Source: Parasitella parasitica NRRL 2501 (lineage: Eukaryota; Fungi; Mucoromycota). Taken from it: 64,000 nucleotides of DNA. Within the stretch, counting starts at the first letter, position 1. Every line of letters starts with the position of its first letter. The stretch covers positions 201,187-265,186 of the forward strand of contig MU619242.1 in the NCBI GenBank assembly GCA_025201805.1, in the 5' to 3' direction. Shown here piece by piece: positions 12,670 through 26,428 of the stretch. The position numbers were made by a program, and so were the translations under genes. The notes beneath the pieces are model-generated. The model saw only the letters and a list, made by a program, of their open reading frames with translations, ran no database searches and had not been told where the DNA came from.

Positions 12670-15508
12670 CTAATAGTGAGTGCTAGTGACATCTTCATTA
12701 CCAGTAATGTCACCATATTCAAACATGCCACGTCTACGCTTAATAGCCTCTTCTTGAGCAGCTTCAAGAGCTTTCACAATAGTTTCATTTCCACGGGCAT
12801 AACGAACTTTAGGAGTGACAAATGCTTGACCTTCTTGGACCATATCTAAATTGACGCTTGCTTCGGCGCTGGTGGATTTAGCAAAATCATAGAGCGTGAG
12901 GCACATGACAGATCCTTCGCGAGCATCGACATTAGCAACCAATTGTTTATTACCAGTAAGGTGTCTGAAGCATTCAATAGCATCAATGCCATAGTCACTA
13001 TCTCCTTCAGGAGATTGAACGAAGGATAATGTAGCTTCGAGAGCTTGGGCTCTGAGTTGCTTGAAGTTTTCAGGCAGAGCGCGAACACGAGATGACGGTA
13101 AAATCTCTGCATTGCCGTAATCAATGTACAGAACTTCGATACCCTCATGAGAGATGCGACGAACTCTTCCTCTGTACCAGCAATTGTCTTCAGTAAACTT
13201 CGCACTGACATTGTCACCAACACGAGGTTTAAAAGCAGGATCGGCAGGGCGTCCATTTTGATGCTGACCCAACTCAGCCATCAATTTCTCCAACTTGGGA
13301 ATATCGTCAGTTACCTTTTGCACGTAGAAGTGAGAGCCGGTCATGATCTCAGAAACTACGATATCAATGTATTCACGATTGGGCCCAGCGTTAGTCGACG
13401 CTTGATCCTCGACAGCCTCCTCTTTATAATCAGCCCAGATACCCTTCTTTTCAGTCTTGGCTTCACGCTCGGCGCTATAGAGTTGATTAACATAGTGAGA
13501 CTCGTCAGCGGAGTACTCATGGATATTGGCAAGGCCGTGTGCTAATAGAGAAACAGCCAAGTTTTCACCATTGACAAACATAGAACCGATAAAGCTACCA
13601 ACTTTGTCAACATTCTCAACCTCAATTTCAACATCGTGTTGCAGGCATTTTTGAGAGATGAAATCTAAAGACTCTTGACCGTAGGGCTCGGATTTATCGT
13701 TAGCACTGCGACCTACACGAGGAGCGCGAACACCAGACAAGACAAAGGTAAGTCTGCAGTTTTCCTTTGGGACCCAAACAAACATACGAGAGCCGTTGGC
13801 GACAAAATCAACCACAGCATGAACTTTGCCACTACGCTTTAAGAAGGTCAAGAATTGGCGAGATTTAGCAGCGCTTTCAGAAGCATCCGTGATTCTAACA
13901 ACAGGTTGTTCGTTGGGGCTATGTATACCCTTCTTTTCTTCTTCGGCTTTCTTTTCAGCAACCAAAAGTGCATCGTAGCAATGAGAACGATTATCATCGT
14001 CCTTACGATGACGGACCACAGTAGCAAGGCCACGAACAATCAATTGCTCTGCAATGTTGTGATTACTAGCGATGACAGTTGCACAATCTCTAGCCTCGAA
14101 ACCTTCTTGAGCAGGCTTGTTATAATCGATGATTATGTGTGCGTTCTTTCCCACCAATTTCTTTCTCAAAAACTCGCGAGCTTCGAATTGATAACCAACT
14201 TCCTTGATATCTCGAGATTTGGAATTAGGAATAGTGGAGCCAGCGCCACGGGGAGCTTGCTTGACGCTGGATAATTGAAGTTTTCTTTCAGGGCCGCTAT
14301 TTTTTGGCTTGACAATGATCATATCGCCCGTCAGGATACGGACAACAGTAGCATCAAACTCTGTGGCGTTAGTATCAACCTTTTTTGCAACAAAATCGTG
14401 CCAGAGGCGAAGCTTCTTTTCTTTGGCGACTTTTTCTGCGTTTCTCAAAGGAGCAGGACCACTGGTCGCCAAGGTGATGCTCCAATCGACACATTTGGCC
14501 AAACCTTGAGAGAGCAATAATTCAGCAATATTGCCAGCAGGATGCTGAATAGAACCAACAAAGTTTTGTCCACCGGATTGAGAAAGACCCTCCAAGATAA
14601 CCTTTACACCACGCTGTAAAAGGCGAGATTCAACAAAGAATTTACATTCCTCTCCGTATAGCTCGGACACCGAGGTATCGTCAGCAGGAGCATTGTCTCG
14701 TTTACAGGCAGGTGCTTTGATACCGGACAAATGCAAGGTAACATATTGTTGTGTCTGATCGGGCAAAATCAATAAGATGCGGAAGGTAGCTCCATCGCGA
14801 ACCTGTTCGATAACAGCTGTCGATAGCGTATATGGCATTAGTTGCAATGTGGAGGTGATTTCGTTTTGTTTATATGTTACCATCCAAGGTTTTGCCCTTG
14901 TACTTGCTCAAAAAGGCATGTGCATCACGATCAAAAGAAAAGGATACCTCACGAGTGCCCTATGTCGCTCTGTAAGTATTTACATCCCATTTACTCCTGA
15001 ATTTTGCAAGTTACCTTTTCGCTGTCATTCCACATGCCCACTTTAGCGTCTTGAGCTTCTTTTTGCAACTGCTCTAATTTCTCGAGAGTTTCTTCTTGGT
15101 CCTCACGAGTAGTCTTACCACCCTCACGTACTTTTAACCAGCCAGCCTTAACGCCCAATTCAGCAACATTGTCACCGTTTGCTAAAAAGATATTACCGTA
15201 TTCACGTTGTGTAGTAGGGATGGTATAATCTGATACAAAAGACACTTCTTTTCCAACTACTAATTTTCTGAGAAACTCACGAGCACCATAACCAAAGGGC
15301 TGCAGCAACAGAGGGCATCAGTACGTCTTTAGTTGTTCATTCATATTACGTTTACCTCGTCAGAACGTGTTGTGTTTCCAAGTCTCGGTGCTTGAACATT
15401 GGATAAAGCTAAAAGTCTCTCAGCGGGAGGACCATTAGATCTAGGCTTTCCTCTCAAGATAACAGTATCACCAGACAAGACATTTTTCACAACAGCTTTG
15501 TTCACCAT
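12670..15508 (-). CDS. SND1: Tudor staphylococcal nuclease (Tudor-SN), 4 exons
   Basis: MVNKAVVKNVLSGDTVILRG...ERLLALSNVQAPRLG, four SN repeats, Tudor domain SAKFTEDNCWYRGRV...VLYIDYGNAE, C-terminal GMFEYGDI. Confidence 0.97.
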
Positions 15509-16601
15509 AATTTATATTTCCAAAAAGAAAGAAGGAAGGAAGGAAGGAGATAAAAAAAAAAGGCGCGAGATTAGTAACTCTTATTTATTCGTTGCGGCGC
15601 CAATGCAACTTTATTTGAAGGTCCAAAAAAACGTAAAGTGTTCGTAGATCATGGATTCACGAAAAGGGATTGTTTGCATGCATTAGAAGCCTATCATATT
15701 CATTTTGCACATTGTCAACAGAGTAACCTTATAACCCAATTATTGATCCAAGATTTGAGCTACTTCCTTGCACTATATCCTGATCAACTTGGGGATAAGC
15801 TTTGCATTGGTGGTCAGTATCTATTTTTCAACTTTCATTGTCTAGAGCAAAGAAGATCATGACATTGATAGCAAATAATAATAGCGATCAAGGCATCGAA
15901 TATTAATGGCTGAGATTGTTGAAACATCTCTACGCATACGGTTCTGAATAGCTCAATTCAAAAGCGAGTTAAACATGCTCTAGTTCTGAAAATAGTCGAT
16001 AAAGAAGGCATCCACGGTAATATGCAATTGTCGACTTTTCAAGATGTTCCTATCGATTGGTTGCGCACAGACGACATTTATTTATTAACGTCTGATTCAT
16101 TCAGAAAACCTCTTAAACATTCAATCTTCAAAACATCTGCTCACGTTTTACTCTCCTTTTTTTTTTTTTTTTTCAGTATGTCGTGGTAATTTTACAATAT
16201 CACAATAACTCAACGAATTGCGGGTTTGCAAGGGCATTGCATTTTGCCATTGTATTTGCGCAATGTCAATCTTTTCTTCAATTTCAACTTTGACCCTCCG
16301 TTTTGCACTGACGTTGATCTATATCTTCACACTCTTGCATTTTTCTTAGAGTGATTCAGTAAAAGAAATCGCCATCATACGATTGTTGCATATATCCAAT
16401 ATATATATATATATTTATATATTTCGTGATGCATGGTAGCTTAATCATTTTGGAGCAAGGTCGTATCCTTGTTGTTTGATAGATGTGGGCACCTTGGTTC
16501 ACATTAAATAACGCACCCTTTTAATCAGCTTATAATTAATGTACAATATCTTTTACCTCTTGTTTATTATTTAAAATATCAAATACCATCTAATCATGAC
16601 C

Positions 16602-18273
16602 ATTACCTTTTTCCCGCTTAAAGGCATAATCTACAATCTCTAATATCTTTGCAAATTACTAAGCGATAGAGATACAACTTTCAGCCAAAATCTTCTTTTT
16701 TTCCACCAATCTATAACATATCCGAGTCTCATTTACCTCTGGGCATTTTTCAGATTTTGCTATGTTTGGTCCCCAAACCTCAGATTCGATTTTCAGTTTT
16801 CAACTTTGGGTTGATCTTCAGGGTCATTTTTAGGTACGGATTTGAGGTCCAAACTAAGAATACAGGCTAATACTAGTATGATGACTGTACCTCAATAAGT
16901 CTTCCGATTCGAGATATCTATCTTTGCTGTCGAGATATTGCCAAAACTAAATTTTGCAGATTTTGCAGATTTTTCAGCATATGTTCCTATAACAAGCACT
17001 ATATTTTTCAATTAAACCCTGTTTAGGATCCTAAGTAAAGTAGTAAAGCACGTTTTGGTACACCTACTAGTATTATATATGTCGTAGTAAGGCTCGAATT
17101 CGACAAGCATGAGCCAATTTAATGATTTTACATTAAACTTTGTCTCCCTGTTTCTCAACAAACTACCAAGACACTTTGGCTTGATTGATTATTAAAATCT
17201 GTTTGAAACTTTACTCTCTACTAACTGTGTTAGTTTTAGATAGATAGGTAGAAAAAAATATTTTTTCGTATGTTTTTAGCAGAGGCTTGATTTATTTTCA
17301 TAACTTTCAAAGCAATAGGTAGTATTTAAAGATACATAATATAGCAATGAAAACATAAAGCTGCAAAATAGCTACCAGATTATATTAGTTTGGTTGAAAA
17401 ATACAGATTTTTGAGCGAGATAATGGCAAAAAACAGTATGGTTTTTTACCCTTTTGAACAGCTCCATTTTGGCCCTGTAAGTCTAGGGACGAAAATTCGT
17501 ACTTTCATTTTGGTCGAGACAAGATTTTGATTTTTGGCAGAACTAAAGAAGATACAATTGTGAATAAAATATCAATAGGTAGGTATTGATATGATGAATT
17601 ATTTGGTCCGGTTTATAGAGCTGAAATTGCTCAAAATATGTTTGCTTTTACTTAAAAACTATCAAAAATGGCGTTTTTTGTATATTTGAAAATTGGTAAT
17701 AATAAAAAGTGTTTTTATAGTCTTGTAATTTATATGGTTGTATGCAAAATTTATTCTTTGTCATAAAACACTTAGTACGCATATCCGATATACCCATTGC
17801 ATTTATGAGATATCTAGCAATAAACTATTCAAAAAAAAGCTCGAAACTGGTTTGGGTCAAATGGAAACACAGTGCTGAGATTCAATCTACAGCCTATTTT
17901 TTTTTCGCTGTAAATGAGTGCACCACCTATTTTCAATTGAAGAGTAAAGCATGATTTTACTAGGTATTTTGGGGATGTCTCGATATCAATCGTTAGCTGA
18001 GATGCTGTATAATACGGGCTCAAAAATCATATTTGTGTACCTTTATTTTTGGATGAAATAATTACCACCAAATCTGAAATATTACCTTTTCCTCCGCTTA
18101 AAAAGACCCATAATGCAATCTTTGATATCTTTGTAGACTATTAAGCGATAGAGACACAACCTTCAGCCAAAATCTTCTTTTTTGCACCATTCTATAACAC
18201 ATCTGAGTATCATGCATCTTTGAGCATTTTTTGGATTTTGCGATGTTGGGACCCCAAACCTCTTACTCGATTT
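16602..18273. repeat. Non-coding element bounded by two diverged direct repeats of about 190 bp (about 16602-16793 and 18081-18273); probable decayed mobile or satellite element
   Basis: Hand alignment of 16661-16780 against 18143-18261 gives 102/120 identities. No credible ORF lies between the copies. Confidence 0.75.
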
Positions 18274-19082
18274 AAAATGTATGTGAAGAAAAAGATTTTT
18301 TTTTTTCATACGTTTCTGGAGAGCGCTGACAAAACTCATCATTTTGAGGCGATGAAGGATGTATTGAATAGAATGGTCAAGACAAACAAATTTCAGTAAA
18401 GAATACAATCAATTGGTTTTTGTTTTGTCTCAAAAACACCGTTTATGTAAGTGTGTGGGACAAGTAGCCTTTCATGGGATCCTTGTGCCAGATTTAAAGA
18501 TTTTCCAAAGTCAGGATTATCATTTTGACATTTGTAAGCTTGATAACGCATAATATATTGTCAAATCGGAAACTAGGGGAGGACAATACATTGGAATACT
18601 TCTAGTTAATGGAATGAATTTGAGGACAAAATTTATTATTCAGGATGCAGTTGAGATTTTTTTTTTTATCTCAAGTGTTAATTCTCTACTTTTTTCTACC
18701 AATGTACTTGCCAAATAAGACAGATCGACTTGCATCAACGATGAGCATGGGCCTGTAGAAAAGGTTAAAGAGTCACTTTCACTTCGAGCCACTGCAAAAT
18801 TACGCTGTGAGTCAATGAAAAACCAGAAAAAAAAAAAAAAAGAAACCATGTAAATTCCTTCACCCTTGACAGCACTCTCTCCCCTTTTCTTCTTTTTTTT
18901 CTTCGTTCCTCTTTGCATCTAAATTATTCAATATACCTATAACTCCAGCGCTTGATTTTCTAGCTGCTGTGTTAATTTAGAATAGAGATTTTTTTTCGCT
19001 TTAACTTTGATCGTATTTACAGCAAATTGACGAGCACACTTTTGAATCCATCCAACTCGACGTTTTCTTCAATTCAATAATC

Positions 19083-22000
19083 ATGTCTCTGTCATTTGCT
19101 CACCAAGCAGCTAAAAGAAGCCTGCGGCTCAGCCGTCAGGGCAAAAATTATCAAGTACTATTCAGGCACGCAGTTATCCCTTGTAGATGCCAAAGCTCAG
19201 TAGCTACGGCAACCAAATCTTCCTCGGATGCAGTCCGCAGAAAGCACATTATTGTCCCTAACCCGGGCATGAATACCTACAAGCTAACAGCCAAGGTTTT
19301 GCCAGGCTCAGTGGCAGAGCAATTTGCCCTATTGAAAGCGTGCATTATTTCAGGATCCATGGTACGGGCGGACAGAATTATGAGCGAACTGTACAAGACA
19401 AAACCGGAAGAAATGAAATTATTTGCCGATGTCAATTTATACAATACACTCCTGAATGGGTTCATTGAAGTGGGTCCAAAGCCCATGACTAGAGAATGCT
19501 TGGCTTGGCTTGATGTCATGAAACCTCGAGGCGTTAAAGCGGATGCGGACACTTATGCCATTGTTTTGAAAGGATTTTTGAGGCAAGTTTGTTTATTTTT
19601 GTCTGAATAATCCGTGCTGACATGCGTGCTAATTGCGTAACAGAACTCAAAGCTATCATACAGCAAGAGGGCTGCTGGTAGAAATGGTCTTGGAAGAAGG
19701 AATTTTAGTTGAAGATGTGGTGAAATCCGAATATCTGACCACGACAGACATCGAGTCTTTCAGAACGGTAATCTCTTTTTTTTTGGGGGGGGGGGGTTAA
19801 AACTTTTTTTTCCTGACGTGGCCGTTCGATATAGATGATCGCAACTAGTACAGGAACCACGAATAAAAACGTTAAAGAGGTATTAGAGCAATTGGAGGCC
19901 GCCACCAACACTGTTTTGGGCAAACCTATAGAGCCCATCCTGAAAGACAGCATGGCTGAACCCTTTACCAAAGAAAGCAATTTTGAACCTGTGCCTGAGG
20001 TTAAACCCACCAAATCCATTGGCGTTCACTTTTTGCAAGAGCAATTGGCAGCACTTGGAGATCCTAATGCAACTGCTCATGTGGACCGTTACGATCTTCA
20101 GTTAGGTTTAGAACAGCAAGGCTACGAAATGGCACTACAACGACTTTTATATGACAAGGAGCAGAGTTTAGAACGTGGAGATACATTGCAAGCTATGAAT
20201 TTGACACCCTTAAAACGAATGATGTGGGAATGGCATCAGAAGATGCTCCCCTTGATCAAAGAAGAAGTTGAACGTTGTGAGGCATCTACGTGGCGTGAAA
20301 CTGAGCGCCGTCTGTATGGCCCATTCTTGAAGCTACTACCACCAGAGACTCTGTCTATTGTCACAATCTTAGAACTACTACGTCTGCACAATTCGTCTGG
20401 CATCGGCGATGGTATGAAGACGGCTCGCGCAATTATAGATGTAGGTAAATCAGTAGAAATGGAGTATAATGCAGTGCAGATCAAGAACAAAGCGAGAGGG
20501 CTTGACAAGAGTTCGGATACACATGCGCTTTTCGCAAGCGGTAAGCTGTTCAACATGGCTGTAAGAAAGGCTCGGACAAAAATGGAACAGGATCAATCAG
20601 AAAGCCAACACTCTGACGGTATGGGCCCTTTAAATAACTGGAACCCGGTGTGGCCGAGTACAATCCGTGCAAAGGTTGGCAGTGTCTTGACGGGTTTGTT
20701 ATTAGAAGCGGCCAAGATTCCCGTGCCTAGCAAAGATCCTGAAACTGGGTTGAAAATGTAAGTAAACCTACACATGGATTCTTCTTCAGGTACTGATTGA
20801 CGATAATGTAGCATTGAGAATATACCAGCATTTTTCCACACGTATCAATATGTCCTCGGTAAAAGAGTTGGTATTATCAAGTTCTCAGAGCAATTGACAC
20901 AAATGCTGGCCCGTGAACCTATTCGTGACACTTTACATCCTCGTCTTATGCCTATGTTGGTGCATCCTAACCCATGGTTATCTTACAACAGCGGCGGATA
21001 TCTCTCTACGAAATCAATGTGTATGAGAGTCAAAGATTCTGCAGAGCAGTTGGTTTATTTGAGTAAGGCGTCTGAAAACGACCATCTTGCAAAGGTTTTC
21101 TCTGGCTTGGATGTTTTGGGCTCGACGTGTTGGAGAATCAATAAAAACGTTTTCAATGTCATTCTTGAGGTGTGGAATAAGGGCGAGGCCTTAGCAGACA
21201 TCCCACCTATTGTAGAAGAACATGATCCTCTTCCACCCAAACCAGAGAATTACGATACTGATCCCAAAGCCAAGTTCAATTGGGTTTCTATAGTCAAGCA
21301 AATTCAGACCAACGAACGAAACAACCATAGTTTAAGATGCGATGTAAACTACAAAGTTGAAACTGCCCGTGCTGTAAGTATATTGTGAATTCGTACTATA
21401 GAATGCTGCTAATGTGTGTATGTGTGTGTTTTGGCTTAGTTTTTAAACCTTCCAATGTACTTTCCCCACAACATGGACTTCCGTGGTCGTGCCTACCCCA
21501 TGCCCCCCACTTTGAATCATTTAGGCAACGATTTGTGCCGTGGTTTGCTCCATTTTGACGAAGCAAAGCCGTTGGGTGCCCGTGGATGGAGATGGCTCAA
21601 GATCCAGGTAGCCAATTTGCACGGTTATGATAAGCACTCGTTCACCGAAAGAGAAGAATACACTATGCACAACATGAACGACATCTTAGACTCTGCGGAC
21701 AACCCACTCACTGGTAATCGCTGGTGGTTGAAGGCCGATGCGCCATGGCAATGTCTCGCTGCTTGCTACGAAGTAGCGGCTGCTTTCCGCAGTGGCGCTC
21801 CAGAAGAATTCAAGTCCCAGCTGCCTATTCATCAAGATGGTACGTGCAACGGTCTTCAGCACTATGCAGCGCTAGGTGGTGATTTATCAGGCGCGCGCGC
21901 TGTTAACCTGGCCAACACTGGGGATCGGCCTGCGGATGTGTATGCTGGTGTCGCTGAACTGGTCAACAAGCAGATTGACGAAGCTGCTGCAAACGGCAAC

Positions 22001-23143
22001 GAATTGGCCAAAATACTTCAGGGCAATGTAAGTCGCAAGGTGGTGAAGCAAACTGTCATGACAAATGTCTACGGTGTCACGTTTGTTGGTGCTCGTGCTC
22101 AGATTGAAAATCGTCTTCGCGAGAACGAAAACATTCCTCGCGAAAAGGTCTACGTTCTCTCTGGCTATTTAGCCAAGAAAGTTTTCTCCTCTCTGGGCGA
22201 AATGTTTACAGGCGCTCATCAGATTCAGGATTGGCTGACAGACTCTGCAAGACGTATTGCCCGCAGTATCCCATTAGAGACATTGCAAGAAACAGGCCTT
22301 GTCGCTGGTGGGCCACCCATTGCGGAAGTGTCAAAAGCGGCTTCTGGAAAGAAGAGGTCTAGCAAGAATAATAAGGAGTTTTCTGCTCGCAATCCCTCTG
22401 CTAATCAAATGACATCTGTCATCTGGACCACTCCTCTTGGCTTGCCCATCGTGCAGCCTTATCGTCGCTCTGGCAAGAAGCAGATTGCCACCCTCTTGCA
22501 AACTATTTTTATCGAAGATCCTGATGCATCTCGTCCTGTCAATGCCATGAAGCAGAGTTCGGCGTTTCCTCCTAATTTCATTCATTCACTGGATGCCACC
22601 CACATGCTGATGTCCGCTGTCGCCTGCCATAAAAAGGGCATGACCTTTGCTTCTGTCCACGACAGTTACTGGACTCACGCGTGCGATGTCGATGGCATGA
22701 ACGAAGTTATTCGTGATCAATTCATCGAGCTGCATTCTCAGCCCATCATGGAAAACTTGATTGCTGAATTCAAGGAACGTTACAAGGACTACAGAGTGCC
22801 TCGAAACGAAATGATCGACAACAGTGCGAAGGAAGAGCAAGACACTGCCGGCACAAGTTTGTTTGGAGATGAATCAGAGCTTGACAAGGAATTAGAGCGT
22901 GAAAATCAAAAAGAAGAGAACGAAAAGAAGGACGCTATTAACGCAATATTTGGTATGGTTGATGCGCCTGAAACTGATGGCGATGGTGACGAAGATGAAG
23001 ACGACGAGGTGGTGGAAAAGAAGTCCAAGAAGAATATTGCCAAGTACAAGTACACTTGGGAGCCTCTTTCCTTCCTGCCGCTGCCAAAGAAAGGTGAATT
23101 TGACATTAATGAAGTAAAGAAATCACCCTACTTTTTCCATTAA
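19083..23143 (+). CDS. RPO41: Mitochondrial single-subunit (T7-like) RNA polymerase, 5 exons
   Basis: Presequence-like N-terminus, PPR-like helices (YNTLLNGF, ADTYAIVLKGF), DFRGRAY, motif A HQDGTCNGLQHY, motif B RKVVKQTVMTNVYG, PPNFIHSLDATH, motif C SVHDSYWTH, C-terminal YFFH. Confidence 0.98.
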
Positions 23144-23641
23144 GCAAACAGATTTGTTCAAAACCTTAGACTATAATATAATATATATTCCCTTCTTTTA
23201 TCTGTAATTTTATGTATAAAACAACTCAATTTTCTGCAACACAAATTCTTTTTTTTTTATTTATTTTGATATTATTCTAGAATAAAAACAGATCAAACTC
23301 TACACTTTTTATATGTCTTTTGGGCGGCATTCATACAGGATATTCCATTGCTTGAATCTCGTTCCTGATGAAAAAGACCTTTAAAACTGATGAATTCTAG
23401 ATTCCCAACTTTGTATTGTGTTACTTCTAGCCAAAGCCCTTTGAAATATGAAACAGATTTAATATTAGAAGCAATATTTCTTGCTTTTCTCTAGATTTTG
23501 ATCGTATGTAAGGGTTCGCCCTTTCATTCTTTGAAGAGGAGCCTTCATTCATGGATTTTTGTTTATACGCTGATCTCTTTTTTCTATTTATCCCTCTCTC
23601 TTTGTCTTATTAATACGATAATTACCCCAATATTTGTTGGC

Positions 23642-24548
23642 ATGACAAAAGAGCTTTCAAGTTCATGTACAATCCAAATAGACATCAATGTGTTGAATAA
23701 AAATGAGATTTCTGCAGACACTTTGGACATGGATATCGCTCACCCCAAAGTTGTTGCTGCAGCCAGGTACTTGTAGAAAAAAAAAAGAAAAAAAAAAAGC
23801 CATAAATCACGCCAACACTACGAATAGAATACTCAAAACTCACAGGGAAGCAGCGTCTATACCTTCAGATGATTTTGAGCATTGGGTAGAATCATATGCT
23901 GGAGATAACGACTTTGCTGATTTAATCAAGACAAGGGTAGCTCCTAGGAAAAGAAGGTCGCTCTTGTCAAATGTATCATTTTCATATTCACCAGATGGGA
24001 ATAGTGTCAGGGAAGACCCAGATATCAGTGAAGGTAATGAGAGATGATTTTGAATTTGCTACTGCAGCAGCTTAATTAGTATATATCTGACGTTCACAGC
24101 ACCAAAAAAGCCTGCCATACCTGAAAATACATTGACAAAATCTCAAACTACAATGTCAACAACGGTGTTGGCTTGGCTGAATGGACTATTGCATAGACAA
24201 CCAAAATCTGCATCATCGGCTGGGTCAAAACCGCTCATTAACAAGACATTTGCAACTTTTCTAGTGCCATCAAGCAAAACTGTCATCATACCAAATCTCT
24301 TTAAAAAGAAGCAGCCTCGAGCCAAACAAAAAACAATACCTAATCTGCCAAAACGATATCCTATGCCTATTGAGCGAGTTATTTACGAGATTTCTTGGAT
24401 AAAACTGAATAATCCTCGCCGTCCACTATTTCACCATGTTTCTATTTCCAACATGCTGAAAATAGTCGACGGGCGACAAGCCTTAATGCATATGCAAATA
24501 CCTGCAAGATACGCATCATCGCACGTTGCTGCAGCTGTCAATCATTAA
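23642..24548 (+). CDS. Small Zds1-like protein (Zds_C motif), 3 exons (23642-23767, 23828-24033, 24100-24548)
   Basis: RYPMPIERVIYEISWIKLNNPRRPLFHHVSISNML resembles the Zds C-terminal motif (ERAIYRLSHLKL.NP.RPL..QVLLSNFM). Introns keep frame. Confidence 0.7.
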
Positions 24549-24934
24549 ATATGGAAATTTAAGGGTGCATCTGGATAAACACTGCTGCGATGAAAATTAC
24601 CGATCATAACCGAAATAAATTTAGCCGAGAAAAGTGTCTTAAAAGAAAAGTGTCGATACAGCATAAATTTACACAATTGACCATGAACAGTTGATTTATG
24701 GAGAAAAAAAAATGTCTCGCTCGCTTTGATTATTTAATCAAGGACCATGTATATTTGTTGCTGGTTATACAAAATGGAGTCTGAGAAGACAGGGAAGACT
24801 TGACCATCTTGCACCACAAGATTGAAATGGTCTGTTGGTTCTATTAGGAAACTCCGTTTTATTTTACATTGTCTTGGTCATGACAAACTTTTTTTCATCT
24901 CTTTTCTTTTAACCGAGAAAAACGAAGCAGGAAA

Positions 24935-26428
24935 ATGGGAAATGCCATTTCTAAAAAGAAGAATAAGTATAAAGAGAAAAGAGCATCTACAGGCAGGAAG
25001 CCCTCGCAATCAAAGTCGAACCCTGGCCCCAAGACATCAGTAGCTCCCCAAGCATCGCAAATACCTCGCCTAGAAGTGCCAAGTGCAGACAACGAAAATA
25101 GTGTAAATACAGCCCAGTCGATCAACTCGATTTTGATCACTTCATCGCAGCACCGTAAAAACAATCAGCAGAATAACTCGGCTCTTTCAGCTCTTAATCC
25201 CGACTATCCAGTAGGGAACACTGCAAGTGATAATAGCAATGAGCAAGACACAGTTCAGGCAGGCGATGCTTTCATGGGCAAAGTGGAGCATCCACAGCAG
25301 CACAAATTACTGGCCCAATCTGATTTCTGGCCTCCTAAAAAGGCTTCGGGGCAAACACTGGATATTGATAATGTGGATAACAATCAGCTCACTGTGTCCA
25401 GCATGAATCAATTGACGGTTAATTCAGTGTCGAGTATGAATATGCAAGATGTCGCACAGATTGACGATTATATACACCGTCTTTTAGACGCTGGCTATGC
25501 ATCCAAAGTGCCCAAGCAACTGTGTTTGAAGCATTTTGAAGTGAACGCCATATGTCGCGCTGCCATGGATATCTTTTTAAGCCAGCCATCTTTACTCGAA
25601 TTATCAGCACCTGTCAAGATTGTTGGTGATACACACGGACAGTACACCGACTTGATTCGGTTGTTCGAAATGGGAGGCTTCCCGCCGACTTCAAACTATT
25701 TGTTTTTGGGCGATTACGTTGATCGTGGAAAACAAAGTTTGGAAAACTTTTTACTGTTATTGTGTTACAAGATCAAGTATCCTGAAAACTTCTTTATTCT
25801 GAGAGGCAACCACGAATCGGCAAATGTCACGAAAGGTATGATTGCACAATCAATTGCCAATTGGGTGGAATCCAAAAAGTAGCTAATTTTACGTTGTACA
25901 GTATACGGTTTCTATGATGAATGCAAACGTCGCCTTAGCCCAAAAATGTGGCGATCATTCGTAGATGTATTCAATACCTTGCCTATTGCTGGCTTGGTGG
26001 CAGGGAAGATTTTTTGTGTTCACGGCGGTCTCAGCCCTTCGCTGCATAGTATGGATGACATCCGCAACATCCAGCGACCAACAGACGTGCCTGACTATGG
26101 ATTACTCAACGATTTACTTTGGGCTGATCCTGCTGATATCCTGGTAGATTGGGAAGACAATGAACGTGGTGTTTCTTATTGTTTTGGCAAAAAAGTCATC
26201 AATGATTTCTTGTCTAAATTTGATCTGGATCTTGTTTGCAGAGCTCATATGGTCGTTGAGGATGGCTACCAATTCTTTAATGAACGTACTTTGGTAACTG
26301 TGTTTAGCGCTCCTAATTATTGTGGTGAATTCGATAACTTTGGTGCAATCATGAGTGTCAGCGAGGAATTATTATGCAGCTTTGAGCTATTGACGCCATC
26401 AGATCATCCGCTGGCCAAGAAAAACTAG
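24935..26428 (+). CDS. PPZ1: PPZ-type Ser/Thr protein phosphatase (PPP family), intron about 25835-25901
   Basis: MGNAISK myristoylation start, long Asn/Ser-rich N-terminus, [45 protein letters not shown]. Confidence 0.9.

Noticed and set aside
8547-15508. Mucorales sex locus
   Set aside because: No HMG-box gene, triose-phosphate transporter or RNA helicase in the window.
19083-23143. T7-phage-like RNA polymerase as a viral or plasmid insertion
   Set aside because: Presequence, PPR-like region and spliceosomal introns identify the normal nuclear RPO41.
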